Positions 1 to 10,533 of a DNA stretch of 64,000 nt are shown one piece after another. The notes beneath the pieces are model-generated. The model worked only from the letters and a program-made list of their open reading frames with translations, had not been told where the DNA came from and ran no database searches. The stretch's first letter is position 1. The number at the start of each line of letters is the position of its first letter. The stretch comes from Tortispora ganteri. Lineage: Eukaryota. The position numbers and the translations under genes were made by a program. The stretch covers positions 124,001 to 188,000 of the forward strand of contig PPNB01000011.1 in the NCBI GenBank assembly GCA_003707115.1, written 5' to 3'.

Positions 1-1
1 G

Positions 2-3000
2 AAGTATTTTGATATCTATATCAGCGTAGAGAATGACGACAAGTTACGGCACGATGCACAAGCGCAGCTCCTAGACTACAAACTGGCGAGGTTCAATACC
101 GCCGACGACAAACAGCAGCTCAAATTGGATTGCTACGACCTAATGTCTCACTTAATCCTTGTGAAGTTCCCTGATCAACGTATATGGGATCTTTATTTGC
201 AATGGTCTGATGCTTTCGATGTCGCTGAATACGATGCGGAACTACTGGCTACCTATGTTAAGCTGTTCCCCCGCGCGCCCTTCACCATGGCTCTCCACGA
301 GTACACTACTGCGTCTGACGCTTCCAATTCGTCATCAATGCCGCCTCAAAGCACTTACGATCTCACTCCATTGACCACAGAGACTACAGAAACCGACAAT
401 GACAGCATGGACAGCATGGATGGCCTTGACAACGATATGGAAGGCCTCAACTTTGACGACGACGACGACCCCACAGCATTCATTGATGTCATTACCAGCT
501 GCGCAGACGCGGACTCAGAAAATTTTAATATTGCGCTGATGCTTATAAGCTCAATGGTAGACCATTTACAGTACGAGGCTGCGTTTGAACGAGGGCAAAA
601 ACTCATTAAGCAGGTGAAGGCGTTCCAGAAGCGATATGACGTGTATTTACCGCGAAAATTTGCAGCCATTTCAATGTACGTTGGCCTGGCTGCGGTTTAC
701 TATCAAGCGCCTAAGAACCACAACTACGCGATAACGATGTTTAACAGAGCGATGGAAGTGCCTGAAGCTGCTGTGAGATGCCACAGAGGTAAAGCACTCA
801 TCTTTCGCTACAACAAGAAGTTGCAGGATTCTCAAAATGAACTCTCGAAAGCTTTAGAAATTGACCGTACAGACGCTGTTTTGGTGTCTGAGGTTTCTTG
901 GAATGAGTTCCTGCTTGAATTGTACACATCCGCGTTAAGTTTTGGTCAAGAAGCCGTAAGTTTACTTGATTCTGGCTCATATCGTGCCAACATTCGAGCT
1001 GAGGTGTTCTACAGAATTGGAAGAATCCAGTACGCAATGAACGATCTTGCGTCTGCGCATAATTATTATGTTAAAGCGATAAAAGAATCGTCTTCGTTTG
1101 CCGCTACTTTCACTCACCTTGGTATACTATACGACGATAAGCTGGGGAACAAAGAAGTAGCGCAGAAGTGCTATATTAAAGCCTTTGAACTAAGCGGGGC
1201 CGAGACAGAAGCCGGAAAGCGTCTTGCTAAAGTGTTTGCATTGCAGGACGAATGGGGTTTGGTGGAAGTAGTCGCTTCAAAAGCTGCAGATGCTCTGAGG
1301 ATGTTATCTTCAGATCCAGCAGAACTAACCTGGGCACATTTGGCTTTGTCCGTTGCCTGTCTTAAAAGAGGGGAATATGCGCCTGCAATACAGTTTGCTC
1401 AATCTGCTTTACGCACGCAAAAGGACAATAAAGAAGCCTGGATCAGTCTTGGCGAAGCTTATCTTGGTATTGGCCGATTCATTGCAGCAAAAAAGGTATT
1501 TGAGCGTGCATACGAGCTCGATTCTAGCGATATGACAATCCTATATTTTTACGGCTTCAGTTGCTATCAGTTGAGTGACTTAGAAACTGCTGAGACCATT
1601 TTGACAGGGTCCAAACAAGACATATACTCTCATCTGCCTATCGTCTCTCTTTTAGTGCATATATACACCAGTCTTGCAGATGATTTCAGGAAAAGAGGGT
1701 TTCATCACAGAGCTCTGCTGTCCATCTCTAACGCATGTGCTACCATAGAGAAAATTGGTGCTGATATTACTTCACACACGATATGGTCGTTAGTTTCGAG
1801 GCTGCTCGATACATGCCTTGATATAAGCACAGAGAAATCAGCATTCAAAGGTATTCTAGAGCTATTTTGTAAGCTGGCTTCTTCTGGAGCACAGTTCACT
1901 AAGTGGGATTCAACGGTTTGCATTGAAAACTACACTTCACTCTCTCTAGCAGAACTCTCCATATTGGCGAACATAGTGACCTTGGAAGATGTAAAGGACA
2001 TAAAACGGCTGGCTCCGACATACATGTACAACCTGGCAAGAGCATACATACGTGCGTATATATTGGACAGAACTGATGAAGACAAGCTGATTTCATCTGT
2101 TGCAATTATCAAAAAGGCGCTGATGCAGAGTCCTATGGAATCGCAGTTCTGGATGGTGTACGGATTAGCGGCAACGTTTAAGGATGCAAAACTTGCTCAG
2201 CATGCTTACATAAGAGCACTGTTGTACGACTCGAGACAGTTAGGAGTGTGGCCAAATTATGCGCTATTATGTATATTTTCCGGCGATCTTGAGCTTGCGA
2301 TGAAGTCTATCGAGAAAGGTCAGTCTCAGGATCCTGATGGTATTTCGAACTGGCTTTTAAAGGCGATAGTTGCACTGAAGAAAGGAGATTATTCCGGTTG
2401 TTACGATATTATGATTAATGTACGCTCGATTAACGAGTTCTCGAGTGATCCAACCGAGCAGCTGCTTTATCCGATTAGTCTTCTGCGATCCTATCCACAG
2501 AACGACAACTACTTGTTTGAGTCTGCATTTTATCTGATCCGCCAGCGGTTGAAGAGAGACCCGAAATCGATGCTAAATCATTTGGTGCTTGCACTACTGC
2601 TAGAAGTCGACGGCGCCCACAGTGCGAGCCTGGAAGAACTGCAGGCTTGCGAGGAGATGTTTGGTGACGGCCGAAAACACGATGCCATTGTTGAGCTGAT
2701 AGTAAGAGCCGCGACTGTCCGTGTGCTGCTGGCACTGGGTAGATACGAGGAGTGTGTTAAGAAAGGACTACTGTTAGTCGACCAGGTCGGCGACAGTGAA
2801 GTCGAGGGAGCGGCACAGATTCTCCTGTCGACATTGCTGTCGATAGGGTTAGCGCAAGTCATGGCCGGGCAAGTAAGCGAAGGTATTGGGTGCTTCCGGG
2901 AAGCGCTTGTGGTTTCTGAACATAGTGCATTGAGCCACAAAGATATAATTGTGGTACTTGCGCAGGTGCTTTCCAAAATTGGGGAGTATAGTATGGCAGT

Positions 3001-3409
3001 TGACCAGTTGCTGAACATATTTGACGAGGAGAAGCATATCGATACGACTGTACTCCTAGGGCTGTTGGCTGTGAAGACAGAGGATTCTGACCTATTAGAG
3101 GCTGTTGAGGAATCTCTGGAGCATTTCAACGAAGTTAGTGACGATAAATTTGGAGTCGAAAGGCTACGGTCGGTGCTGCACCTGCGCAACAAGCAAGACG
3201 ATTTAGCGGTCTGGCAGAAGGCGGTGTACCTGCGACCATGGGAGCGCACTGCGTGGGCGCATGTGAACGATAAGGTCGCAAATCGGTACGCGCGGTTGAC
3301 GGCGAGTCGAACAGCAGTTTCTGAGGCCCAACGACGAGTATTTTTCCGTCCAGGTGACGTCGAGAGCTGGAAATCACTAACTGCAACAGTTCGTGCGGCT
3401 GAAAGTTGA
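2..3409 (+). CDS. SKI3: Superkiller complex TPR protein Ski3 (5'-partial)
   Basis: The frame is open from position 2 (KYFDIYISVEND...), so the TTG at 125 is not the start. It has many TPR-like helices and Ski3-type segments (FAATFTHLGILY..AQKCYIKAFELS, EAWISLGEAYLGIGRF, KLAQHAYIRAL, QKAVYLRPW). Confidence 0.85.
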   Translation, partial: KYFDIYISVENDDKLRHDAQAQLLDYKLARFNTADDKQQLKLDCYDLMSHLILVKFPDQRIWDLYLQWSDAFDVAEYDAELLATYVKLFPRAPFTMALHEYTTASDASNSSSMPPQSTYDLTPLTTETTETDNDSMDSMDGLDNDMEGLNFDDDDDPTAFIDVITSCADADSENFNIALMLISSMVDHLQYEAAFERGQKLIKQVKAFQKRYDVYLPRKFAAISMYVGLAAVYYQAPKNHNYAITMFNRAMEVPEAAVRCHRGKALIFRYNKKLQDSQNELSKALEIDRTDAVLVSEVSWNEFLLELYTSALSFGQEAVSLLDSGSYRANIRAEVFYRIGRIQYAMNDLASAHNYYVKAIKESSSFAATFTHLGILYDDKLGNKEVAQKCYIKAFELSGAETEAGKRLAKVFALQDEWGLVEVVASKAADALRMLSSDPAELTWAHLALSVACLKRGEYAPAIQFAQSALRTQKDNKEAWISLGEAYLGIGRFIAAKKVFERAYELDSSDMTILYFYGFSCYQLSDLETAETILTGSKQDIYSHLPIVSLLVHIYTSLADDFRKRGFHHRALLSISNACATIEKIGADITSHTIWSLVSRLLDTCLDISTEKSAFKGILELFCKLASSGAQFTKWDSTVCIENYTSLSLAELSILANIVTLEDVKDIKRLAPTYMYNLARAYIRAYILDRTDEDKLISSVAIIKKALMQSPMESQFWMVYGLAATFKDAKLAQHAYIRALLYDSRQLGVWPNYALLCIFSGDLELAMKSIEKGQSQDPDGISNWLLKAIVALKKGDYSGCYDIMINVRSINEFSSDPTEQLLYPISLLRSYPQNDNYLFESAFYLIRQRLKRDPKSMLNHLVLALLLEVDGAHSASLEELQACEEMFGDGRKHDAIVELIVRAATVRVLLALGRYEECVKKGLLLVDQVGDSEVEGAAQILLSTLLSIGLAQVMAGQVSEGIGCFREALVVSEHSALSHKDIIVVLAQVLSKIGEYSMAVDQLLNIFDEEKHIDTTVLLGLLAVKTEDSDLLEAVEESLEHFNEVSDDKFGVERLRSVLHLRNKQDDLAVWQKAVYLRPWERTAWAHVNDKVANRYARLTASRTAVSEAQRRVFFRPGDVESWKSLTATVRAAES

Positions 3410-3521
3410 ATAGTCACGTGATTGGGAAACGGGCAACGTTTGTATCTAACGTGTTCGAACCCTTAGAGAACCCACAACTACAGAAAAAAAAAATTGGTGC
3501 ATTTTTGATGCCTGTAGACGC

Positions 3522-3983
3522 ATGAGAGCTGTACGGTATTTTCATAGAGCCTTGGTGGCACTGCGACCGAAGCGGTTGGAGACAGCTGCGGATATAGAGA
3601 AATGGATAAACAACCCGACGTGGTCGGTGAAGTCGTTGATAGAGGGTAAAACAGAACTGAGCAAGAACGATCTGCGGCGGTTGCTGCTACTTTCTGGGCT
3701 GAAAGTGCGGGACGAAGCCGATTTCGACAAACTGAAAGCGGATCTCGAGAAGCAGTTGCATTTTATAGAGAAGATCCAGCAGGTGGACGCCGGCGAAGAG
3801 ATGCTGAGCTCGTTAGAGCAAGAACTGCAAACGCCATTAGATCTGGCTCAACTAAAGAAAATGGTTGCAGAGTCTGAAGAAGTGCTTGAAAAAGAGCACG
3901 AGGATATACGCGGACTTAAATGGGATCCGTTTGCGAACAGCGCAAAAGTGTTGAAACCGCATTTTGTAACCACTAAGGGATAA
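3522..3983 (+). CDS. Mitochondrial Glu-tRNA(Gln) amidotransferase small subunit (fungal GatF/GatC-like)
   Basis: Arg-rich presequence-like N-terminus, then PTWSVKSLI, LRRLLLLSGL and DLEKQLHFIEKIQQVD motifs typical of this fungal family. Confidence 0.65.
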   Translation: MRAVRYFHRALVALRPKRLETAADIEKWINNPTWSVKSLIEGKTELSKNDLRRLLLLSGLKVRDEADFDKLKADLEKQLHFIEKIQQVDAGEEMLSSLEQELQTPLDLAQLKKMVAESEEVLEKEHEDIRGLKWDPFANSAKVLKPHFVTTKG

Positions 3984-4030
3984 ATGTCTAAATGTATGAT
4001 GCCGGCCTTATGGTTACGAGAACTAGTTGT

Positions 4031-5167
4031 TCACCAGTACGTGTTTCTTTTGTACCTTTGTGCGCCCTTACCTGGGGGTACAATGCCGAACCAGCGCGGC
4101 ATGCAGCTGTATTCGTCATACTCAAAGCTTTGTGAGCGGTCACACACACAGCGACCGGAAGTGTAGGACTCTTGATCGGAGGGGCAGCGACCCCAGGGTT
4201 CGTGTTTGTATCCGATGTCGTCGAAATGGTGTATCTCTTTTGTGGCAAGGAATATTGAGGCGGCAATGGTGTGAATGGGTGCGTCGCCCCAGCGCTCGTA
4301 GAAGAACCCCTGCGTGGCGTCTAGGTACTCGAAGTACTTCTGGTACGGTTCCGACCTATAGAAGTCCATGTCGGCAATTTCGAAATTAGTCCAAAAATGA
4401 CAGAGATTGTACACGTCATCCCAGCTGTCTAGGTCAGTGATGAACTTCAGGCTGTTCTTGTAGGCTATGTACTGTGGGTTTTCCATGGCGAAGTCCCTCG
4501 TGGTATTCCAGAGCGTAGGTATAGTCTCGACGTACTCTGGGACGGCCATAGTGAAACCATAACGCTTCTTGTTGACGCGCATGAATTCGAAGATATCGTA
4601 ATCTATGTCGCATGAGAATTCAATGTCAGGTTCCACACGCCAATAGTACTTATATTGCTGGAGGAGCGGCTGCTTGAAGAAGAAACCGGAGAAGAAGCGA
4701 CACATGTTACGGTAAGAGATCGAGTCACCATATAAAATGCCTTCCTTAGTCATGTTACTAATTACTTCGCCAAACCGGGTGAGGTTGACAGTTTCAGGTA
4801 CAGACCAGTGCTCCTTAGGAACCTGATCATAGTAAGTCGGGCTAGAAGCTATGGCTGTCGTATACTGGATGAATTCAGTTGTGAACAGCTCATCATTCAA
4901 GAACACCCACGGATAATGGAACTTTCTGTTAAACCTATCTTCTATCTGCCGCATACTATGTAAGGCTTCGCTCAGTTCCCAGTTTCGTACAAGCATAAAC
5001 AAGGTCGCATTTTCTTTACCGATCTGGATTGTTGGTGATACATCAACTATTGCATCCTTTACCCGGTAACACACCAATGCTCCAGTATACCAATCCTTCA
5101 GAAACGCTATAAAAATTCCTAATAATACATAGAAAAGTGTTTGTCGTAAAATCTCCAGCCACGTCAT
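4031..5167 (-). CDS. Alpha-1,2-mannosyltransferase, GT15 (KRE2/KTR family)
   Basis: N-terminal signal anchor; ENATLFMLVRN, SYRNMCRFFSGFF, YYWRVEP, YNLCHFWTNFEI and GFFYERWGDAP motifs. Confidence 0.95.
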   Translation of the reverse strand: MTWLEILRQTLFYVLLGIFIAFLKDWYTGALVCYRVKDAIVDVSPTIQIGKENATLFMLVRNWELSEALHSMRQIEDRFNRKFHYPWVFLNDELFTTEFIQYTTAIASSPTYYDQVPKEHWSVPETVNLTRFGEVISNMTKEGILYGDSISYRNMCRFFSGFFFKQPLLQQYKYYWRVEPDIEFSCDIDYDIFEFMRVNKKRYGFTMAVPEYVETIPTLWNTTRDFAMENPQYIAYKNSLKFITDLDSWDDVYNLCHFWTNFEIADMDFYRSEPYQKYFEYLDATQGFFYERWGDAPIHTIAASIFLATKEIHHFDDIGYKHEPWGRCPSDQESYTSGRCVCDRSQSFEYDEYSCMPRWFGIVPPGKGAQRYKRNTYW

Positions 5168-5339
5168 TCCTGCTGACGTTCGCTTGTGTGGTTCACTGTA
5201 GATTGTTGAAATAGAGTTTGTTTCCTTGATATAGTAGTCTACGGCGTTAAATACTTATAAAAATAATATTAAACACACAATAACAAATTGTCGCACTTTA
5301 CCATACACACTATTATTTTTACTGTCTCTTTTTCTGGAG

Positions 5340-6491
5340 TTACAGGCGCTGAAGTGCGGGACCACGACGTACTAGACGGTCTTTGGTGATCTCCCCCACA
5401 TTGCGACATCCGGACTGCGCCATCGCATGGAAAAACTCTGTTTCGAGAATCTCGCAAATATTCTCAGCACCCTGTTGGCCGTCATAGAATAGACCCCATA
5501 CAATAGGTCTGCCTACCCAAACAAAATCAGCGCCGAGGGCAATTGCTTTGTACGCGTCTAGTCCACGACGGACACCACCATCAAGGTGCACAGGGATACG
5601 GCCGTTCACAGCCGCTACAACTTCAGGTAGCGCATCGATCGTAGATATGGCTGAATCAAGCTGGCGGCCGCCGTGATTCGATACCCAAATACCATCAATA
5701 CCGGCATTTACAGCGTCGATAGCGTCTTCAGCAGTGGTTACACCTTTGGCCCAGATCTCCAAGTTCGTGATCGATTTAAGCCATGGGATGGTCTCATCCC
5801 AAGTCATGTTAGGGTCAAACCTGTTGGCATCTGTTGATGCACGAGTACGTACGCCATCAGGTCCTTCACTATTCTCTTCCTTCAGAGCGACCTCAATGGC
5901 ATTGGCGACCTCGCCGTCTTCGAAATTGCCCAGCTTCAGGTGCTTAGGCATAACGAATTTGTTACGGATCTCAGAATGTCGGTGACCGAAAAACGGAGTA
6001 TCCACTGTAAGCAGCAGCGCCTTGTATCCGGCCTTCTCGGCCTTTTTGATGAGTCTCTCGGTAGTTTTACGGTTTTCGAAGACGTAAAGTTGCAGGAACA
6101 CTAGGTGGTCTGTAGACCCACAAGCTTCGCGGCACTCCTCAAGTGAGTTGTTGGAGTACGACGAGACACCCATCGCCCAGTTCTTGGCCACAGCGGCACG
6201 AGTAGTGGCAATTTCACCATCAGGATGCGCAATCTTTTGAGTACCTGAAGGTGCAATACCAATAGGAAGTGCATATTGCTTTCCAAACAGCGGCTTGGAG
6301 CGAGTATCAAGATGCTTAACACCTTGCATAACTCGCGGACGAATAAGATACCGAGAGAATGCATTTATGTTTTCCGCAACTGTGTCTAGTCGCTCAGCTC
6401 CACCTGTCCAGTAGTCTCGGAACATTTTCGGTGCATTCTTCTCTGCGTACTCCTCGTATTCACGTAATTCTATCATTTTTGTGACTGACAT
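5340..6491 (-). CDS. FMN-dependent (S)-2-hydroxy-acid oxidase, probably peroxisomal
   Basis: FLQLY, LTVDTP, SNHGGRQLD and DGGVRRG motifs. There is no cytochrome b5 domain, so it is not CYB2. The C-terminus is -QRL (PTS1-like). Confidence 0.92.
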   Translation of the reverse strand: MSVTKMIELREYEEYAEKNAPKMFRDYWTGGAERLDTVAENINAFSRYLIRPRVMQGVKHLDTRSKPLFGKQYALPIGIAPSGTQKIAHPDGEIATTRAAVAKNWAMGVSSYSNNSLEECREACGSTDHLVFLQLYVFENRKTTERLIKKAEKAGYKALLLTVDTPFFGHRHSEIRNKFVMPKHLKLGNFEDGEVANAIEVALKEENSEGPDGVRTRASTDANRFDPNMTWDETIPWLKSITNLEIWAKGVTTAEDAIDAVNAGIDGIWVSNHGGRQLDSAISTIDALPEVVAAVNGRIPVHLDGGVRRGLDAYKAIALGADFVWVGRPIVWGLFYDGQQGAENICEILETEFFHAMAQSGCRNVGEITKDRLVRRGPALQRL

Positions 6492-6739
6492 TGTAGTAGG
6501 TTAAAGCGGATATTGAAGTCTCCCCGCATTTTTATCGCTCGTCGCGGAACCGTTTCGTGGGGTGAGTTAGTTAAAATAAGGTTTCGTTATTATGACTTTC
6601 CAAAGTCTATCTTCGACTCGTGAACTTGAGTCCAAGACAATCCCGATGGTTTATGGCCGCGTTAGTGTTTAATAATTTGCAAAATTCAGATGATAAGATT
6701 TATGGTCATTTAATAAGCAGCTGTAGCGATGCAGCCCGT

Positions 6740-6766
6740 ATGTGGACGATGTGGACAATGTGGATC
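6740..6766. repeat. Three tandem 9-bp units with core ATGTGGA
   Basis: ATGTGGACG ATGTGGACA ATGTGGATC, read directly in intergenic DNA. Confidence 0.7.
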
Positions 6767-6833
6767 GCCGAATAGTTGCTCTGTTCTTATAATTGTTCAT
6801 CTTCCCCCCGCACACCCCCACGCGCCCATCGCT

Positions 6834-7712
6834 CTACCAGATTGAAAGCACATCCCAAATCCACAGCCGGCCCGCAGAGGTTCCCGCGACAAGGTAGTTG
6901 TTATGCTGCGCAATCGCTGAAACAATATCGTGCTGTGAGTCGACGGGCAACCGCACAGTAGCGCTATCGGGAGACTCATAGGCTCTATGTGCAAACACTA
7001 AACCATTCTCACTGCCAGTGAAGAATGACGCACAATCATCTGAAAACGCCGATTGGATCTTGTATGTGGATGTGGTCCTCGCAGGGTCCGAAAAGGTGTA
7101 GTTAATTGAACCGTCGTCCAGATTCAATACAGATACTTTAGAATCTTGTGTTGTTACAAGCGCCTTTTGATTGTTGGTTGCCAGGTGCAGGATAGGCGAA
7201 CCCAGCGAATCTACTAATACTATAGCCTGACGTAGATCGTATTGTCGCAGCCGCCCATCATACGAACCCGTTATAACGCTATTAGTACCAAAATGGACCG
7301 TCGATAACACATCTGTAGCCTCAGAGAGCGTCTGCAATGGCTTATATGTGGTAGCCCTGAGATCCCACAGCTTTACGGTCCCATCGAGCGAACCTGAAGC
7401 CAATAGTGCACCGTTAGGTGCAAATGCCGTCGCGTATACGGGCCCATGGTGTTCTGTGAACCGTCTGATCTGCTGACCTGTCGCTGCATCCCACACAATA
7501 GCCGATCTATCGAGACTACCAGTGGCAATACGATCATCATGTAGATCAACTGCCAACACAGGCCTCGAGTGACCTTCCCATTTGTGTACTTCTTCACCGT
7601 CTCGCCGCCCCACCCGTACACACTGGTCCTGCCCAACAGATACCATCACCATACCCTTATCGTCTAATACTATACCATTTATTCCGCCTTTGTGCGCAGT
7701 AATTGCCACCAT
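6834..7712 (-). CDS. WD40 protein, WDR83/MORG1-like
   Basis: About 7 WD repeats; LASGSLDGTVKLWDLRA..KPLQTLSEATD and TGSYDGRLRQYDLR resemble MORG1. Confidence 0.75.
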   Translation of the reverse strand: MVAITAHKGGINGIVLDDKGMVMVSVGQDQCVRVGRRDGEEVHKWEGHSRPVLAVDLHDDRIATGSLDRSAIVWDAATGQQIRRFTEHHGPVYATAFAPNGALLASGSLDGTVKLWDLRATTYKPLQTLSEATDVLSTVHFGTNSVITGSYDGRLRQYDLRQAIVLVDSLGSPILHLATNNQKALVTTQDSKVSVLNLDDGSINYTFSDPARTTSTYKIQSAFSDDCASFFTGSENGLVFAHRAYESPDSATVRLPVDSQHDIVSAIAQHNNYLVAGTSAGRLWIWDVLSIW

Positions 7713-7746
7713 TTATATATATATATATTCATTTATTTATTTATTT
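7713..7746. repeat. (TA)n followed by (ATTT)n microsatellite
   Basis: ttatatatatatatattcatttatttatttattt lies immediately upstream of the WD40 gene ATG. Confidence 0.8.
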
Positions 7747-8000
7747 GTTTATTTTTTCTTTTGTTTTCACGTCATTCGCTGTGTGGCTCTCCTTCCTCCC
7801 GGTTCCCAAGTCTTACGGCCCTTTAACCCCCCCACCTCACGACCACTCCCATTGCAAAACCCTTAAAGAGCTAACTACCTTGACTTACACTTGATTGGCC
7901 CTTCCGTGACCTTGCTGCCACTAGCGTCTGCAAGGTCAGAATTTGGGCTCATACCTCCTCAGTTGCAACTATTTCGAGCAATAATAACCAATATAAACAC

Positions 8001-10430
8001 GTGTCGTCTCTTCTCCCACCATCGGGGGCGAGACGACCGTCTGAAACCGACGAAGCGGTCACCCGTAGACGATCCCATTTTGGCTCAAAGCTCGCTAGTC
8101 CATATACACCCAAAAACACCCTGTCCTCTTCTTCAAGTACCGCATTGCACCATTCGCCCTCTTCACCACTTGCCAGATCATCTTCTAGTAAGCGCAGAAA
8201 GCTCCTCGGCAACTCTCTAGTCACATTCAGCATCACATCCTGCCAATGCGGCGCAGCTTTCATTAAAGCGTTGCGCGGCCTAAACCTCGAAATTCGTATA
8301 AAACCTCGCAAAGAGGAAACTTTATGGCTCATTACGCGTAACGGATCTTCAGTACGCGAGTTTCAGCACGTCCAAAAAGATATAAGCACTGTATACTACA
8401 CCGAGACTGGCATGCTCGCTCTGAGGTTTAAACGGCGCTTTGAGATTTGCGGCACCTCTTCAACCGTCCTCTACTGCGTCTCCAATGAAGAGAGATTTCT
8501 AATGAAACTTAATATGATCCCTCAAGATGGCCTAACAGTTTCGCAGACTCACGACCAGACAATACGCGGCTGGTTCCCGCCAGAAACTATCGACGTCAAT
8601 GATATCAATAGTAACGCTGCGTTCGATTCCGATGATAGCGATGAACTCATTATATCTGGAGTTGATACTCATTCAGAGCCTCGTTTGTTTTCGCCCATAC
8701 AACTCGCAAAGCAACTTAATAAAGAACAAAAGTCAGTATGGGGAGACCACTACACCTCAACTCGCCCGGCGCTATCTGCTAACCGTCTTCGAGAAAACTC
8801 TCCAGGTATAATGGCTCCAGATCCTTTGACCCATGCTTCTTTAATAGCCATTGATAAAGCCGAAAAGACGGGATGGACTGATCACGCTGCAAGCATTGAT
8901 TCCCCGGATTCAATTGAATCCGCTAGCTCGCCGAAACGGAGAAGTAGGCGCATAAAGGCACTTTCGGAGGGAAAAGAGTCTTCTTTTCCTCAATATGACA
9001 TGTCCGCCGAGAAGTTTGGTTCTCCTCTACAGTACAAATTCGATCACAGATGGTACAGAGTTAGCGGAGAAGACGCCTCAAAGCTATCTGAAGGGGAGCT
9101 ACTGAACGACGAAATTATCAACTTTACTCTGCGATATTATCTGGATCAAGAAGAACAAAAGAACCCTAATATGAAAGGTCAGGTTCACCTTTTCAGCTCG
9201 TTCTTTTACAGCACGTACTGGAGAAAGGATCAGGATGGGAAACGATTTAATTATGTCAACGTCAAAAACTGGACTAACAAAGTGGATCTCTTTAAAACTA
9301 GATATGTCATTATTCCAGTTAATGAAAAAAGTCACTGGTATGTTGTGGTTATCTGCAACTTGTCTACAGTACTTGTTAAGGCTGCTGCTAATAAAGACGA
9401 TACGGACTGCAAAGTCGACAGCAAGCACTCTAGTTCGCGTTACTTTACCGCCGACGATCCACTCATCTTGGTATTTGATTCTTTGGGTATTGGGCATCAA
9501 AATATATACCGGCCAATACGCCAGTATATTTATGAAGAGGCTAAGGCACGGAAAGGAGTTGAGATCGATACTGATGATATTTGCGGCAGGAAAGTCCCTG
9601 TACCGCGACAGGACAATTTTAGCGATTGTGGAGTATACCTTCTTCATTATATGGAGGTATTTTTGTCTAAACCACGCCAGATTTTAGACGTTCTAATGAA
9701 CAAAGAGCACACTTCGAGAAAAATCCAAGCTGGTCTCATGAACCTGTGGGACCCTTCTTCGGTTTTAACTAAAAGAAAGCAAATTTGGGATCTCTTGGTG
9801 CATTTGAAAGAAGTTCAACCTGAAATTCCGGACACAGTGGACTCTTCTTCGGAAGAAGAAGACATAGAAGAGGTGTATCCTGAAACGTTTACCTCTAAGC
9901 CCAATGACGGAAGTGAAGATTCGGAAGCTGGATCTCGCAATGAAACCCGTCAACCGCAAAGAGAGTCTGACAATCATGATGACCAAGATAATCAGGGATC
10001 AGAAGAAGTTGCAGGTGATAGCGACGAACCTGGGTCTTCTGAATTGGATGACGGTGAATCATCCAGTAAGAGACGCTCTGAATCCGATGGTGACGAGTCA
10101 ATGCCGTGTAGTGAACCTGCAACTAAGGACGATAATGATGATACAATTTTGGATGAATCTGGCGATTATACTAATGACGAAGATATAGCATCAGAACCTG
10201 GAAGGTCTAAGCACGTAGCTTATGGAGACGCTACGCCTGTAACGGAGTCGTCCGATAGTGATGATATTGAGAGCGGCACGGGACAAACCGGCAACAGTGA
10301 AGATATTAGCCCTGCAGGTCTGTTGTCGCAAAATCTCAGCAGCTTGAAACAGTTTGTGGCTAGTGTTGTTGCGCCATCGTCGTTGCAAACGACGGAATCT
10401 TCGGAGAAAGATACTGTGAGCTACGAATAA
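8001..10430 (+). CDS. ULP2: SUMO-specific protease, Ulp2-like (C48 peptidase); start codon uncertain (GTG)
   Basis: LNDEIINF, FSSFFY, VKNWT.KVDLF and the catalytic HWY / FDSL / QDNFSDCG motifs, followed by a long acidic tail. The first in-frame ATG is at 8412. Confidence 0.85.
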   Translation: MSSLLPPSGARRPSETDEAVTRRRSHFGSKLASPYTPKNTLSSSSSTALHHSPSSPLARSSSSKRRKLLGNSLVTFSITSCQCGAAFIKALRGLNLEIRIKPRKEETLWLITRNGSSVREFQHVQKDISTVYYTETGMLALRFKRRFEICGTSSTVLYCVSNEERFLMKLNMIPQDGLTVSQTHDQTIRGWFPPETIDVNDINSNAAFDSDDSDELIISGVDTHSEPRLFSPIQLAKQLNKEQKSVWGDHYTSTRPALSANRLRENSPGIMAPDPLTHASLIAIDKAEKTGWTDHAASIDSPDSIESASSPKRRSRRIKALSEGKESSFPQYDMSAEKFGSPLQYKFDHRWYRVSGEDASKLSEGELLNDEIINFTLRYYLDQEEQKNPNMKGQVHLFSSFFYSTYWRKDQDGKRFNYVNVKNWTNKVDLFKTRYVIIPVNEKSHWYVVVICNLSTVLVKAAANKDDTDCKVDSKHSSSRYFTADDPLILVFDSLGIGHQNIYRPIRQYIYEEAKARKGVEIDTDDICGRKVPVPRQDNFSDCGVYLLHYMEVFLSKPRQILDVLMNKEHTSRKIQAGLMNLWDPSSVLTKRKQIWDLLVHLKEVQPEIPDTVDSSSEEEDIEEVYPETFTSKPNDGSEDSEAGSRNETRQPQRESDNHDDQDNQGSEEVAGDSDEPGSSELDDGESSSKRRSESDGDESMPCSEPATKDDNDDTILDESGDYTNDEDIASEPGRSKHVAYGDATPVTESSDSDDIESGTGQTGNSEDISPAGLLSQNLSSLKQFVASVVAPSSLQTTESSEKDTVSYE

Positions 10431-10533
10431 AGGACCGATTACGACTATGTAATGTAATAGCGTATAGAACTCGTGAGATATATCAGTAAAGTGCGATAGA
10501 AACTGTTATTGAGTAAGGTTGAGATGGATATTA

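Noticed and set aside
2578..3417. 279-aa antisense ORF over the SKI3 3' end
   Set aside because: It lies almost entirely antisense to a recognisable gene and has no motifs; a shadow ORF.
3451..3463. GTTCGAACCC B-box / T-loop-like word
   Set aside because: No T-stem, acceptor stem or cloverleaf on either strand, so not a tRNA.
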